This document shows positions 35,618 to 45,912 of a DNA stretch of 60,625 nucleotides, piece after piece (the stretch's first letter is position 1; each line of letters opens with the position of its first letter). Source of the DNA: Candidatus Magasanikbacteria bacterium UBA922 (GTDB lineage Bacteria > Patescibacteriota > Patescibacteriia > Magasanikbacterales > UBA922). Made by a program: the position numbers and the translations under genes. The notes below the pieces were generated by a model, which did no database searches, was not told the DNA's origin, and was given only the letters and a program-made list of their open reading frames with translations. Location: positions 92,170-152,794 of the forward strand of contig DBDW01000009.1 of assembly GCA_002293825.1 (NCBI GenBank). The letters run 5' to 3'.

Positions 35618-38296
35618 TTACTTCATCTCTCCCCATCGAGTACCGATTTCCACTTCTACATCAATCGGCACGTGTAATGTTGCAACATTTTGCATTTCAT
35701 ATTTTACAATTTCTGCAACAATTTCGGCATATTTTTCTTCAACTTCGAGCACTAATTCATCGTGTACCTGAAGTGTCATCCATACATGGGCTTGAAGTAA
35801 TTTTTCTGCAGTCAGTCGACGATATACTGCAATCATGGCCATCTTCATGAGGTCGGCTGCAGTACCCTGGATCGGCATATTGATTGCCATGCGTTCACCT
35901 GCGGCAACAATTTGACGATTCGGAGAATTGAGTTCTGGGATATATCGTCTACGTCCGAATAATGTTTCGACGTACCCGGTTTCTTTTGCTCGAAGAAGTG
36001 TTTCATCAAGATATTTTTTTACCCCTGAAAAAGCTTCAAAATATTTTTTGATAAATTCTTTTGCTTCCCATTGGGTGATTCCGGTACGTGCAGAGAGTCC
36101 GAATGCGCCCATGCCGTACAAGACACCGAAATTTACTTCTTTTGCAGATCTACGAATATCTTTCGTAACATCTTTGAGAGGAATATTATGAATTGCGGCT
36201 GCGGTCGCCGTGTGAATGTCTTCATTTTTTGCAAAAATTTCTATCATGCGCTCATCATGAGCAAGACTTGCGACAATGCGTAATTCAATTTGAGAATAAT
36301 CTGCAGAGATTAACTGATGACCGGGCTCAGCAATAAATGCTTTGCGAACATCTTTTCCAAGTTCAGTTCTAATAGGAATATTTTGCAAATTAGGATCAAT
36401 ACTCGAAAGTCTCCCGGTCGCAGCAACAGCTTGTTGGAAGGTGGTATGGATTCGTCCAGTGTGTGGGTGTACGAGGTTTGGTAACACGTCGATATAGGTA
36501 TTACGAAGTTTTTCTACTTCACGATATTCTTCGATAAAAGGAATGATTGGATGCAGCTCGCGAAGTTTTTCGAGCTCACTTGCTGCGGTTGAATACCCGG
36601 TCTTTCCTTTTTTGATGAGGTCGGTAGGAAGTTGAAGAGTGTCAAATAATATGTCTCTAAGTTGAGATGATGAGGACACATTGAATTCGGTACCGGCTTC
36701 TTTCCATATTTTGTGTTCGAGTGTTTTGATTGTTTCTGCGATACGTTCTGAAAGTCTGCCGAGCATGGGTACATCGATTGCCACGCCGGTGAGTTCCATG
36801 TGTGCGAGAACGGGAATAAGTGCCATTTCTACAGAATCAAAGAGTTTACGTTCAGCATCATCTGAAAGAGCGTGTTCGTATTTTTCTTTGATTTTATACA
36901 TGACAAATAATTCCTGCGCGACAAGCTTTGGGTCAATGCCAAAAAGTGAGGATTGTTCTGTGTGAGGTAATTCAATGCCGAGCTCTCTAAGAGCAATAGA
37001 TTCCATGTCATGTGCTCGAGTGCTGGAATTGAGCAGATAGGATGCTATCATGATGTCGAAAAGTGAAGCGGTGAACACCTGTCCAGCATGAAGATAACAT
37101 TTCACAAACTGTTTGATATCGTGCCCGATCACTGTTACGTCTGGATGATTGATCGAAACTGTCGACAATAATTCGATCGGAATCAGCCATGCCGTGTCTC
37201 CGACAACGCACACGATACAGATACACGGAGAAGTGAGAATATTTCCCTGATCATGCTGAAAACAGGGCTTACATACGACTTCGTGATGGAGCGAAATGAG
37301 ACGATTCAGTTCAGTGACATTTTTTTTGTCTACCGTAATTACTTCGGGGACAATAATCTTTTTTTCTTTTTTTGTAAGTTTTTTAGTCGTAGTTTCTTCT
37401 GTGTGTCCACCGAGACGTTTTACGAGTGAATAGAATCCGAATTTTTTAAATAATTCAATTACATCTTCTCGTTTGTATGAAGTGGTCTGCATTTCTGTGA
37501 GGGAGTACGTAATGTCAGAAACATGTGTATCAATCGTTGCAAGCTTTTTACTCATGAACGCATTATCATACCCTTCGGTAAGTTTTTTTTGCACACTTGC
37601 AGATATTTTTTTGTCTCCCTTTTCAAGGGCGTCATAAATTTTTTCAAGAGAACCAAAATTCGCAATCAATTCTGTTGCGGTTTTTTCTCCGATCCCTTTT
37701 ACTCCAGGAATATTATCAGAAGCATCTCCTCGGAGAGATTTGTAATCGATCATCTGTACTGGAGAAAATCCAAATTTTTCTTTTACATGAGTTTCGGTGA
37801 ATAATTCGAAATCAGACATTCCTTTTTTGAGGAGATATACCTCGACGGTGTTTTCGTGTACGAGCTGGAGTAAATCTTTATCACCTGTTACCACAATGCA
37901 CGTGATATCGGCGTGATCCTTAGTAATTTTTTTGGTAAGTGTGCCAATGAGATCGTCAGCCTCAAATCCGGTCTTGGTGTAAATCGGAATATTAAAACCT
38001 GTTACCAACTCGTGAACAAGGGGGATCTGATCATAGAGTGCTTGATCGGTCTTTACTCGAGTAGCTTTGTATTCTGTATAGATTTCATCTCGGAATGTTC
38101 CACCTGCTACGTCGAATGTGGTGACCAAATAGTCGGGTTTAAGGTCTCCCATGACCTTGAGAAGCATGGATGCAAATCCGTAGACCGCATTTACGAGAGT
38201 GCCGTCTGGGGCTGTAAGTGGGGGGAGGGCATGATACGCGCGGTGGATGATTGCATTTCCGTCGATAATGACAACTGTTTTATTGTTTTTTTGCAT
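35618..38296 (-). CDS. polA: DNA polymerase I
   Basis: 5'-3' exo IDGNAIIHRAYHA, EADD, GDASDNIPGV; polymerase ADYSQIELR, AKEVNFGVLYG, QVHDEL. Confidence 0.98.
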   Translation of the reverse strand: MQKNNKTVVIIDGNAIIHRAYHALPPLTAPDGTLVNAVYGFASMLLKVMGDLKPDYLVTTFDVAGGTFRDEIYTEYKATRVKTDQALYDQIPLVHELVTGFNIPIYTKTGFEADDLIGTLTKKITKDHADITCIVVTGDKDLLQLVHENTVEVYLLKKGMSDFELFTETHVKEKFGFSPVQMIDYKSLRGDASDNIPGVKGIGEKTATELIANFGSLEKIYDALEKGDKKISASVQKKLTEGYDNAFMSKKLATIDTHVSDITYSLTEMQTTSYKREDVIELFKKFGFYSLVKRLGGHTEETTTKKLTKKEKKIIVPEVITVDKKNVTELNRLISLHHEVVCKPCFQHDQGNILTSPCICIVCVVGDTAWLIPIELLSTVSINHPDVTVIGHDIKQFVKCYLHAGQVFTASLFDIMIASYLLNSSTRAHDMESIALRELGIELPHTEQSSLFGIDPKLVAQELFVMYKIKEKYEHALSDDAERKLFDSVEMALIPVLAHMELTGVAIDVPMLGRLSERIAETIKTLEHKIWKEAGTEFNVSSSSQLRDILFDTLQLPTDLIKKGKTGYSTAASELEKLRELHPIIPFIEEYREVEKLRNTYIDVLPNLVHPHTGRIHTTFQQAVAATGRLSSIDPNLQNIPIRTELGKDVRKAFIAEPGHQLISADYSQIELRIVASLAHDERMIEIFAKNEDIHTATAAAIHNIPLKDVTKDIRRSAKEVNFGVLYGMGAFGLSARTGITQWEAKEFIKKYFEAFSGVKKYLDETLLRAKETGYVETLFGRRRYIPELNSPNRQIVAAGERMAINMPIQGTAADLMKMAMIAVYRRLTAEKLLQAHVWMTLQVHDELVLEVEEKYAEIVAEIVKYEMQNVATLHVPIDVEVEIGTRWGEMK

Positions 38297-38360
38297 ATAG
38301 ATATTATTGTGAGGGTAGTATAGCTTAGTTTGGGAGTACAGGAAACCTATACCAGCTTTC

Positions 38361-38457
38361 TATTCTAAGTGAAGCGAAGAGTTTCTCAGCATGAGTACTG
38401 CTACTATACCTTCTTTAAGGGATCCTTCGCCTCGGGTGCACTCAGCTAAGGACGACA
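38361..38457. repeat. Degenerate inverted pair of REP-like elements
   Basis: Left tattctaagtgaagcgaagagtttc; right gatccttcgcctcgggtgcactcagctaaggacgaca. Confidence 0.45.
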
Positions 38458-38481
38458 ATAAAAAACTAGGCTAGATTAAGC

Positions 38482-38735
38482 AAAATACTGCGCTGGAGGC
38501 CATGAACCTCCGGCCGGCGACCTTGCCAGAGCTGCTCGCGTTCGGGGCCAAGTACCCGGACAAACAGAAGGAGTTTCCGATCATGGCGCTCGGCTCCGTC
38601 TGGATCGATCCCGACGGTGATCGCCGCGTGCACTCCCTCGGTTGGGTCGAAGGCGAGCGCGAACTCCACTTGGGCTGGGACAAACCTGGCTACGTGTGGG
38701 GCGACTACTGCCGGTTCCTCGCGGTCAGCAAGTAG
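38482..38735 (+). pseudogene. GC-rich 5'-truncated gene fragment (LRPATLPELLAFGAKYP...FLAVSK)
   Basis: Abrupt GC jump near 38482; no promoter seen; reads like a protein C-terminus; own terminator ACCCTGTACCA-TTC-TGGTACAGGGT. Confidence 0.5.
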
Positions 38736-38847
38736 TACCTGGACCTTGGGATCTTGGGAAGTTCCCTTGGTCCCTTCCGCTCGATTTCCGAGCAACCCTG
38801 TACCATTCTGGTACAGGGTCTTTCATTTTTATAAGGTAAAAGCACCT

Positions 38848-38876
38848 TTGACATTTCTGTTACTTTTCGCTATAAT
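38848..38876 (+). promoter_or_regulatory. Consensus sigma70 promoter of tig
   Basis: TTGACA-17bp-TATAAT. Confidence 0.85.
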
Positions 38877-38907
38877 CAGCAGACTTCTTATAGGTTAAAT
38901 TTTTTCT

Positions 38908-40209
38908 ATGGAACATATTAGTAAAAAACTCAAAGGCTCTGAGATGGAGCTCAAAATTACGGTAACTCCAGCTGAATATGAAAAGCACTTGAAAAAAGCA
39001 GCTGAGAGAATTTCTCATCGCACCGCAATCAAAGGATTTCGTAAAGGACATACTCCATACGAAGTGATTAAGCGAGAAATCGGCGAAATGCATATCATGA
39101 ATGAAGCACTCGAAGATATTTTGCAGGAAACATTTTACAAAGCTGTAACCGAGGAAAAGCTAGATACGATCGGTATGCCCAAAATTAATATGGAGAAAAT
39201 AGCTCCGGGCAATGATCTCGTCTACACTGCTGTAGTAGCACTACTTCCTGCTGTAACACTTCCAAAACTTGATAAAATCAAAGTGGAACATAAGGCAAAA
39301 CCAGTAACCGAAACTGATATTGATGCAGTGATTGAAAACCTTACCAAAATGCAGGCGACTGAAGTGGTAAAAACAGGAGTGTCTACCGCACAAGACAAAG
39401 TAGTGATTGATATGGATCTCTTTGTAGATAAAGTGCCTATTGAAGGTGGACAGGCAAAAGACTATCAAGTGTATCTTTCTGAAAATCAGCACATTCCAGG
39501 ATTCAATGAACATTTGGTCGGAGTTGCAAAAGACGAGGAAAAAGAATTCACCGTTCCGTTTCCGAAAGATTATTACAACAAAACACTTGCAGGAAAAGAG
39601 GGAACATTTAAAGTAAAAGTAAAAGAAGTATACGAACGACAATTTCCTGAGGTAAATGACGAATTTGCGAAAAAAGTGGGACAGGAGAGTGTGGTAAAAC
39701 TTCGTGAACTTCTACAGCACAATCTCGAGCATGAAGCATTTCACAAGGCAGATGAAGTAGCAGAAATTGAAATGTTTGATGCACTGATCGACAAATCAAC
39801 GTTTGAAGAAATTCCTGAGGTTTTGATTGATGCTGAACGTAAAAAAATGTTCTATGAACTCAAGCGGGACTTGGAGCGCAATGGAGTATCGGTCGAACAA
39901 TATCTTGCTGATTTGAAAAAAAGTGAGGAAGATATACAGAAAGATTTTACCGAGCAGGCTACCAAGCGCGCAAAAGCAGCATTGGTATCACGACAGATCG
40001 CAAAAGAAGAAAATCTTAGCGTAACAGATGAAGAATTGCGTGCAGAAGTAGAGCGGATGAAAAAAGAATACAAAGACCATCCTGAATATCTCGAAAATCT
40101 TACCAAAGCAGAGGTGCAGGATTCGGTGCGTACTTATATGGTAAATCGTAAAGTAATTGAATTTTTGAAAGAAAAAATTCTTACGGGACGTCCGGAACAC
40201 ACTCACTAA
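38908..40209 (+). CDS. tig: Trigger factor
   Basis: IKGFRKGHTP signature; FKBP domain IPGFNEHLVG...FPKDY. Confidence 0.97.
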   Translation: MEHISKKLKGSEMELKITVTPAEYEKHLKKAAERISHRTAIKGFRKGHTPYEVIKREIGEMHIMNEALEDILQETFYKAVTEEKLDTIGMPKINMEKIAPGNDLVYTAVVALLPAVTLPKLDKIKVEHKAKPVTETDIDAVIENLTKMQATEVVKTGVSTAQDKVVIDMDLFVDKVPIEGGQAKDYQVYLSENQHIPGFNEHLVGVAKDEEKEFTVPFPKDYYNKTLAGKEGTFKVKVKEVYERQFPEVNDEFAKKVGQESVVKLRELLQHNLEHEAFHKADEVAEIEMFDALIDKSTFEEIPEVLIDAERKKMFYELKRDLERNGVSVEQYLADLKKSEEDIQKDFTEQATKRAKAALVSRQIAKEENLSVTDEELRAEVERMKKEYKDHPEYLENLTKAEVQDSVRTYMVNRKVIEFLKEKILTGRPEHTH

Positions 40210-40214
40210 TAGTG

Positions 40215-40247
40215 AAAAAACAGATAGCGAAAGCTGTCTGTTTTTTT
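40215..40247 (+). terminator. tig terminator
   Basis: AAAAAACAGATAGC-GAAA-GCTGTCTGTTTTTT. Confidence 0.85.
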
Positions 40248-40251
40248 GTAT

Positions 40252-40787
40252 TTTCCTCCCCCATAGGGGAGGGTAGGGAGGGGTCTGCTGAAGCCTTGAA
40301 GTATGATATAGTATATGTATTATTAGGAAAGGAGGGGTATGTCATACATGTATTCAAACAAGCGTTTTCTTATTGATAAACGAAGGAAACTACGAAAAAA
40401 TCAAACCACTGCTGAACATGTTTTATGGCAGAGACTTCGTCGTAGTCAGTTTGGTGTAAAGTTTAGAAGACAGTTTAGTATCGGGTCATTTATTGTTGAT
40501 TTTTATTGTCATGAATTAAAATTAATTATTGAGCTTGACGGATGGATTCACGGAGAAGAGGAATTTCGAGAGAAAGATAGTGTTCGACAACGAATGTTAG
40601 AATCACAAGGATATAAAATACGAAGATATAAGAATGAACAAATATGATACGAACTCAAATCAGTGTTACAGGATATTTGGAATGCAATTTATATCTTAAA
40701 AGATTGTTAGTTTTACATAATCCCGAAGCAAGACAAAATACCACACTTCGGCAGACCCCTCCCTACCCTCCCCTAATGGGGAGGAAA
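40252..40787. mobile_element. Putative small element: DUF559 gene flanked by 42-bp inverted repeats
   Basis: Left IR 40252-40293 and right IR 40746-40787, 39/42 identical. Confidence 0.55.
40339..40710 (+). pseudogene. DUF559 (Vsr-like PD-(D/E)xK) endonuclease with in-frame TGA at 40645-40647
   Basis: RRKLRKNQTTAEHVLWQRLR, KFRRQFSIGSFIVDFYC, IIELDGWIH, RY.NEQI*YELKSVLQDIW; the family-like helix continues past the stop. Confidence 0.75.
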
Positions 40788-40797
40788 TTAATACAAT

Positions 40798-41016
40798 ATG
40801 CGCCTCATTGTTACCGTAAAACCTCGTTCATCAAAAAATGAAGTGAGTAAAATTTCAGAGTCTGAATATCAAATTCGGTTGAGAGCGTCCCCTGTAGATG
40901 GGGAGGCAAATGAACAGTTAATTCGTGTATTGAGCGAACATTTTCGTATTCCTCGATCGAGAATTATGATTATACAAGGGCACACGAATAAGAAAAAAAT
41001 AATTGAATTGCAATAA
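40798..41016 (+). CDS. DUF167 (YggU) family protein
   Basis: VTVKPRSSKNEV, ASPVDGEANEQLI, IIQGHTNKKK. Confidence 0.9.
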   Translation: MRLIVTVKPRSSKNEVSKISESEYQIRLRASPVDGEANEQLIRVLSEHFRIPRSRIMIIQGHTNKKKIIELQ

Positions 41017-41038
41017 AATAAAGAGGAGAAAATAGGAG

Positions 41039-42166
41039 CTAGTTTTTTTTGAATTTCCAAATTTCACGACCCACAAATTGATCTGCACGTGAATAGAGGA
41101 GTGAATGGTGATCTGGTGAAAAAGGTACGATACTAAATCCGCGTTTCTCAATTTCATTATGTGCTAATGTGCGAATCCAGTCGGTGCCGTGTCTAAAAAT
41201 AGGAATGATGAAAATTACAACCGCATGAGGAGAAAGAATTGTGTGAAATGAAGTGAAACTGTCGATAAATAATGTTTTTAATTCCTGCGCCTGTGTCTCT
41301 AGCGCGAGTCTACTTTCGTGTCCACGTAAGGGTGATCCCATGTAGGGCTCAGAAATAATTGCATCTACCGAGGATGGTTTGAAAATTTTTGAAAGTGTAG
41401 TAGCGGAGCCGAGATGTACGGCAGTGTGAGCTTTGCACTCGGGATGTTCTTTTCGAAACCATCCGATATTTGCAGTGGAATCTTCTACTGCTTTTTCAGA
41501 AGTGTCAGATCCAGAGACATGAGAATAGCCGAGTGAAAGTGCTTCGATGAGGACGGTACCAGAACCACAAAAGGGGTCGAGTAGATGTGCGTCGGATGGA
41601 ACTTCTGCGAGATTGATCATCATGCGTGCAAGTTTTGGTGGAAGCATGCCACTTTTTGTATCAGCACGTGGACGGTCAAAGTCGCGACTACTGAAATTGG
41701 CAATGTCTTGAACTGCTTCGGTGACAAACCAGTCAGAACCAATTTTGAGTATGTCTCCTTTTTTTTCAATCAAATTATTGTGAATAATGGTTGCGGTATT
41801 TTTTGCTTCAATATATCGGACTGAACGACCGCGTGATTTGAGTTCTTTTTTGAGTTGCAATGCAAATTTTGAAGGAAATGAGCCAGAGAGTGAAAACTGG
41901 ATTTTTCCGTCAGTAGCGTGTTCGAGATGATGGATCAGAGTGGCAAGATCGTGTTCACGAGATTCAATTTTTCGAGCAATTCGAATGGTGCCTCCTAGTG
42001 TACGCATGAGCAAAGATGCGTCTATAGGTGAAGGAGTTTCAATAATGAAAAAATCATTATTTCTTGTAATGGATGTATACGAGATTGAGTGAAGTTTTAG
42101 TACGGATAAAATTTCAGCGTGAGAGATGTGTGGCTGATGACCGAGTTCGTATGCGTAAGTAATCAT
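41039..42166 (-). CDS. SAM-dependent RNA methyltransferase (Trm11/UPF0020-like)
   Basis: RDFDRP...GMLPPKLARMMINL, LLDPFCGSGT, IISEPYMG; start MITYAYELG. Confidence 0.85.
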   Translation of the reverse strand: MITYAYELGHQPHISHAEILSVLKLHSISYTSITRNNDFFIIETPSPIDASLLMRTLGGTIRIARKIESREHDLATLIHHLEHATDGKIQFSLSGSFPSKFALQLKKELKSRGRSVRYIEAKNTATIIHNNLIEKKGDILKIGSDWFVTEAVQDIANFSSRDFDRPRADTKSGMLPPKLARMMINLAEVPSDAHLLDPFCGSGTVLIEALSLGYSHVSGSDTSEKAVEDSTANIGWFRKEHPECKAHTAVHLGSATTLSKIFKPSSVDAIISEPYMGSPLRGHESRLALETQAQELKTLFIDSFTSFHTILSPHAVVIFIIPIFRHGTDWIRTLAHNEIEKRGFSIVPFSPDHHSLLYSRADQFVGREIWKFKKN

Positions 42167-42567
42167 AATGGATCTGATGAGCTGGGAGAAGACAGAGAAG
42201 TAGTGGTCGTAGGCATCGATATGGTAGTAGTTTCTGAGGTGGGAGTCGTGGTAATCGTATATCCGTAAAACGCGTCCCATTCGATAGGTAACAGAATAAA
42301 GGATTTTTTTTCTTTGTCAATGGTGTGTACACGTTCAAGAACTCCAAAATTGATTGGGGAAACTCGTTGGGAAAGATTTGCTACTTCGAGAGGAATTTCA
42401 TTCATTCCGATTCGATTGGAAAGTGTATAGATAGTCCATGTGGCATAGCTGGCGATAGCAAGGCAGACACATCCCACAAATACACCGATCCATCGAAGTG
42501 TTCGTACATTTGCATATTCAGGAGGAGGTGCAGGTTCGCGGTTTGATTGTTTGGTAGAAAGGCGCAT
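42163..42567 (-). CDS. Single-TM hypothetical protein at the end of the pil operon
   Basis: One TM, Thr/Ser-rich tail; stop overlaps the next start. Confidence 0.6.
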   Translation of the reverse strand: MRLSTKQSNREPAPPPEYANVRTLRWIGVFVGCVCLAIASYATWTIYTLSNRIGMNEIPLEVANLSQRVSPINFGVLERVHTIDKEKKSFILLPIEWDAFYGYTITTTPTSETTTISMPTTTTSLSSPSSSDPL

Positions 42568-42574
42568 ACAGACA

Positions 42575-43126
42575 TTATGATGAGGTGCTGTTGAGAATCG
42601 CACTAAATTGAATGATGACGTGTGACTGAGTAGGATCACCATCTTTTACTTTTTCGATCGACATTTTAGGGATGATAAAATAATAGGGCAATTGTTCAAG
42701 ACTTGCTAAATACGCACGTATATTAGAAAACGATCCTTGTGTTGCAAAATGGAATACATAATATCCGGCAAAATCTGGGGATCCTCCTTCTGCGTTGTAC
42801 GATACAGAAAGCTCTTGCTCAACATTATGTGTCGAGGCAAGTGTTTCGAGACGTTTGATAATTTCATCTTCATCAGATCGGCTGATTGAAACAGCATCAA
42901 GGGTGGCTACGTTTGTCTCAATCTGATCTATTTCGGTGAGTGAGCGGCGAAGAAGTCTCAGACGCTCAAGTTCATTATTTTCTGATGTAATATGAGCGGC
43001 CATTGATTCGGTCGCTTGTCTAATAGATGCAAGTGCAGGGAGGATAAAAAAAATCACAATTGCTGATCCTGAAACAACAAAGAGAGAAATCGTGAGAGCA
43101 AGTTTTTGGGTAATGGTGAGTCGCAT
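42575..43126 (-). CDS. pilO: Type IV pilus assembly protein PilO-like
   Basis: N-terminal TM, coiled coil, GSFSNIRAYLASLEQLPY; synteny with pilMN. Confidence 0.75.
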   Translation of the reverse strand: MRLTITQKLALTISLFVVSGSAIVIFFILPALASIRQATESMAAHITSENNELERLRLLRRSLTEIDQIETNVATLDAVSISRSDEDEIIKRLETLASTHNVEQELSVSYNAEGGSPDFAGYYVFHFATQGSFSNIRAYLASLEQLPYYFIIPKMSIEKVKDGDPTQSHVIIQFSAILNSTSS

Positions 43127-43136
43127 AACGTATAAT

Positions 43137-43670
43137 CTATTTGGTGAGCGTTGCTTCAACAGTAAATGAAATTTGTTCGCGTTGTGTAAGATCTCCTGGA
43201 GGAATAACGATTGATTCAAGGAGAGGGAGTTCTGAAAGTTTTTTTTCGGTTGTCTCAAGTGTCTGGCGTGTATCAGCTACACCGACTAAGGAAAAACGAT
43301 CATACTCATGATCAAAAGAGATCGAATGTACGATGACTCCGTTTGGAAGTGCATGAATAATAGTGTCGATACGCGGAGACCAGAGTACAAAACCTTGTTG
43401 TACCGCATCAACTTTTTTAAGTGTATTATTTGTTGATTCAATTTTTTTGACATCGTCATGATATGATGACGGGGTGCCCACGGTATGATATGAGAAGGCG
43501 TTTTGATAATCAATAAAAAATTTTTGTACAATAAGAAGCAAAGAAGCAAGAATTCCTAATAGTGCAAACACCACCGCACATGCACTTTTGATGTAAGTGA
43601 AGAGTGTGAGATGTCGTAAGTGCTTCTTTTTTGAAGCAGAGAGTACATTGATACGAATAGGGAACATCAT
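43137..43670 (-). CDS. pilN: Type IV pilus assembly protein PilN-like
   Basis: INVL N-terminal motif, TM, LPNGVIVHSISF..GVADTR. Confidence 0.78.
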   Translation of the reverse strand: MMFPIRINVLSASKKKHLRHLTLFTYIKSACAVVFALLGILASLLLIVQKFFIDYQNAFSYHTVGTPSSYHDDVKKIESTNNTLKKVDAVQQGFVLWSPRIDTIIHALPNGVIVHSISFDHEYDRFSLVGVADTRQTLETTEKKLSELPLLESIVIPPGDLTQREQISFTVEATLTK

Positions 43671-43673
43671 ATA

Positions 43674-44783
43674 CTAGATGGTATCGCGTGTATTAAATGG
43701 GTTATCAGCAGCACGAAGTGCAAGTCCAATTGCAGTGGCATACGAGAGTGCGGTCGTATTATCAATTGGTGCACGTTTTGGGTCAATACCCAAATTTTTC
43801 CACACATTTCCCCGCACACAGTCAATACCGAGTTCTTCGGTAAGAAACGTATCTAGGTGCAAGAGATTGCATGATCCACCACATAGTACGATTCTCGTAA
43901 TGCGATTTGCAGAGAGTGTATTATGTCCATAGTAGGAAGAGAGCGTGTGTGTAAGCGATTTTCTAAATTCTTTTACCTCTTTGATAAGAATGCTGGAAAT
44001 TTTTTTATCTTTTGAAATATCAAGACCAATCTGTTTTTTTGCAACTTCGGCTTGTTCTTCTGAGAGTTTGGTACCGCTCATGATTGCACGAGTGAGAAGT
44101 TCTCCTGAAAAAGGAAGTACGGTACTAAATTGAATAATATCATGATCATAAATAATTACTTGTGTGCGGGTAGATCCGATATCAATAATTGCACGAGCCT
44201 CTTCATTGTATTGTTTTCGTGCAGTCACCATCGAGCGAGCCATTGCAACTTCTTCAATTTCAAGGGCCATTACACCGAGTCCGAGGCTTTCGAGTAAGTA
44301 GGTATAACTATCGGCGATACGTTTGGGAACCGCACCCACGAGAACTAGCTTTTCTGATGAAGAAGGGTTTTGGTGTACGATATGCCAATCAAGGGTGTAG
44401 TTATCGAGATCATCTACGGGTAAATATGTAGAGACGTATGGCGCAGGATCAAAAGCTTCCATATTTTCAAGTTGCAATTCTGGAATTGAAATAAGCTTGA
44501 GAAAACTATGATTTTCAGGTACAGAAGCTACGACCCATGGACTTTTGATCGGACGCTCGCCTTTTTTTGTTCCGTGAAGTAGTTTTGCGATTTCACGACG
44601 TACGAGTTCTGGTTGTTCAATAATACCATTGACAATGAGACCGGGGGCGAGCGAGCACATACGCATCGTAACAGGCTCAAATGCGGTTGTTCTCAGCCGA
44701 GGTGTATTTCTAAGTTGGACCAGTTTTACTGATCGGTCTCCGATATCAATACCAAATGCATGTGGAAATAAATGTATGAGCAT
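43674..44783 (-). CDS. pilM: Type IV pilus assembly protein PilM
   Basis: FGIDIGDRSVKLVQL, IIDIGSTRT, IVLCGG, ATAIGLALR (actin-like fold). Confidence 0.92.
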   Translation of the reverse strand: MLIHLFPHAFGIDIGDRSVKLVQLRNTPRLRTTAFEPVTMRMCSLAPGLIVNGIIEQPELVRREIAKLLHGTKKGERPIKSPWVVASVPENHSFLKLISIPELQLENMEAFDPAPYVSTYLPVDDLDNYTLDWHIVHQNPSSSEKLVLVGAVPKRIADSYTYLLESLGLGVMALEIEEVAMARSMVTARKQYNEEARAIIDIGSTRTQVIIYDHDIIQFSTVLPFSGELLTRAIMSGTKLSEEQAEVAKKQIGLDISKDKKISSILIKEVKEFRKSLTHTLSSYYGHNTLSANRITRIVLCGGSCNLLHLDTFLTEELGIDCVRGNVWKNLGIDPKRAPIDNTTALSYATAIGLALRAADNPFNTRDTI

Positions 44784-44787
44784 GTGT

Positions 44788-45909
44788 TTAGAAACTTTGG
44801 GTGAGTGACATCATTGGCATGACTACCGCAACAGCGATTCCTGCCACACCAAGTCCGAGAAGAATAATGACAACAGGTTCGATAATGGTAGCAAAGTTTT
44901 TCATGATTTTGTCTACTTCTTCAGAATAAAATGAAGAAAGCTCCTGAAGTAGGTGATCGATTTCTCCTGTTTTTTCTCCTACCATAATCATCTCAGTTAC
45001 CATGGGAGGGAATAAGGAGGGTTTTTGTGATAGGATTTCTGAAAGTTGCTCTCCTTTTGAGAGAGTCTGAGTTGCAGATTCTAGAGCTTCTCGATACAAA
45101 AGATTTTTGCATGTTTGAGAAGAGATGTGGAGTGCGTCGACAATTGGAATGGTGCTTTTTAAGAGTGATGCGAGTGTAATTGAGAATCGTGCAAGGTTTA
45201 TTTTTTTTGAGATTGAACCCACGATAGGAAGTTTGAGGATGAGCGCATGAATAGAGCGTCTGAATGAAATATTTGATTTGAGAAGTGAGAAAAAAAGAAC
45301 AGTAAGACCAATAATACCTGCAAAAATAAGTGTTAGATTGATCGGGTTTGCAAGAAAATTGGTAACCACAATAAGAATACGTGTCGCAAGTGGGAGTTCC
45401 GCATCAAATTCATCGAAGAGGGAAATAATTTTTGGTAATACCATGGTAACCATGAGAATACCAATAATAACAATTGCAGAAACCACGACAGCAGGATAAA
45501 TCATGGCACCTTTGATACTCGATGTAAGTGCCTGGTTTTTTTTCATTTGAACGACAACTTGTTCCAATGATTCTTCAAGCTGTCCGGCAATTTCGCCAGA
45601 AGCGATCATGGTGGTTTGCAGTTCAGGAAAAATTTTAGGATATCGCTTGAGTGCATCACTCAGCTGATTTCCTTTTTCCACATATTCGGTAATGTCAGTA
45701 ACAATGTAGAGCAATTTTTTATTTTGTGTTTCTTTGCTTAAGACATGGAGCCCCTCGACAAGAGAAAGACCTGCACGAATCATGGTGCGTAGATGATCAA
45801 GAAAAAAAATACGATCAACCATGGGAACTCGAGTAAGGTGTTCCATCATAAAGGCATCAATGCCGGTGAGTGTGGGAATGCGTTGTGTAGGAGAGGGTGA
45901 GGGTGTCAT
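44788..45909 (-). CDS. pilC: Type II secretion/T4P platform protein PilC (GspF family)
   Basis: GEIAGQLE, AMIYP, VGEKTGEID, IEPVVII. Confidence 0.93.
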   Translation of the reverse strand: MTPSPSPTQRIPTLTGIDAFMMEHLTRVPMVDRIFFLDHLRTMIRAGLSLVEGLHVLSKETQNKKLLYIVTDITEYVEKGNQLSDALKRYPKIFPELQTTMIASGEIAGQLEESLEQVVVQMKKNQALTSSIKGAMIYPAVVVSAIVIIGILMVTMVLPKIISLFDEFDAELPLATRILIVVTNFLANPINLTLIFAGIIGLTVLFFSLLKSNISFRRSIHALILKLPIVGSISKKINLARFSITLASLLKSTIPIVDALHISSQTCKNLLYREALESATQTLSKGEQLSEILSQKPSLFPPMVTEMIMVGEKTGEIDHLLQELSSFYSEEVDKIMKNFATIIEPVVIILLGLGVAGIAVAVVMPMMSLTQSF

Positions 45910-45912
45910 ATA

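Noticed and set aside
40645-40647. Genome-wide UGA recoding (code 25) suggested by the in-frame TGA in DUF559
   Set aside because: Full-length conserved genes here end in TGA (yidD, pilB, the 49794 pilin with ATGA overlap) and no other gene needs read-through; a single nonsense mutation is simpler.
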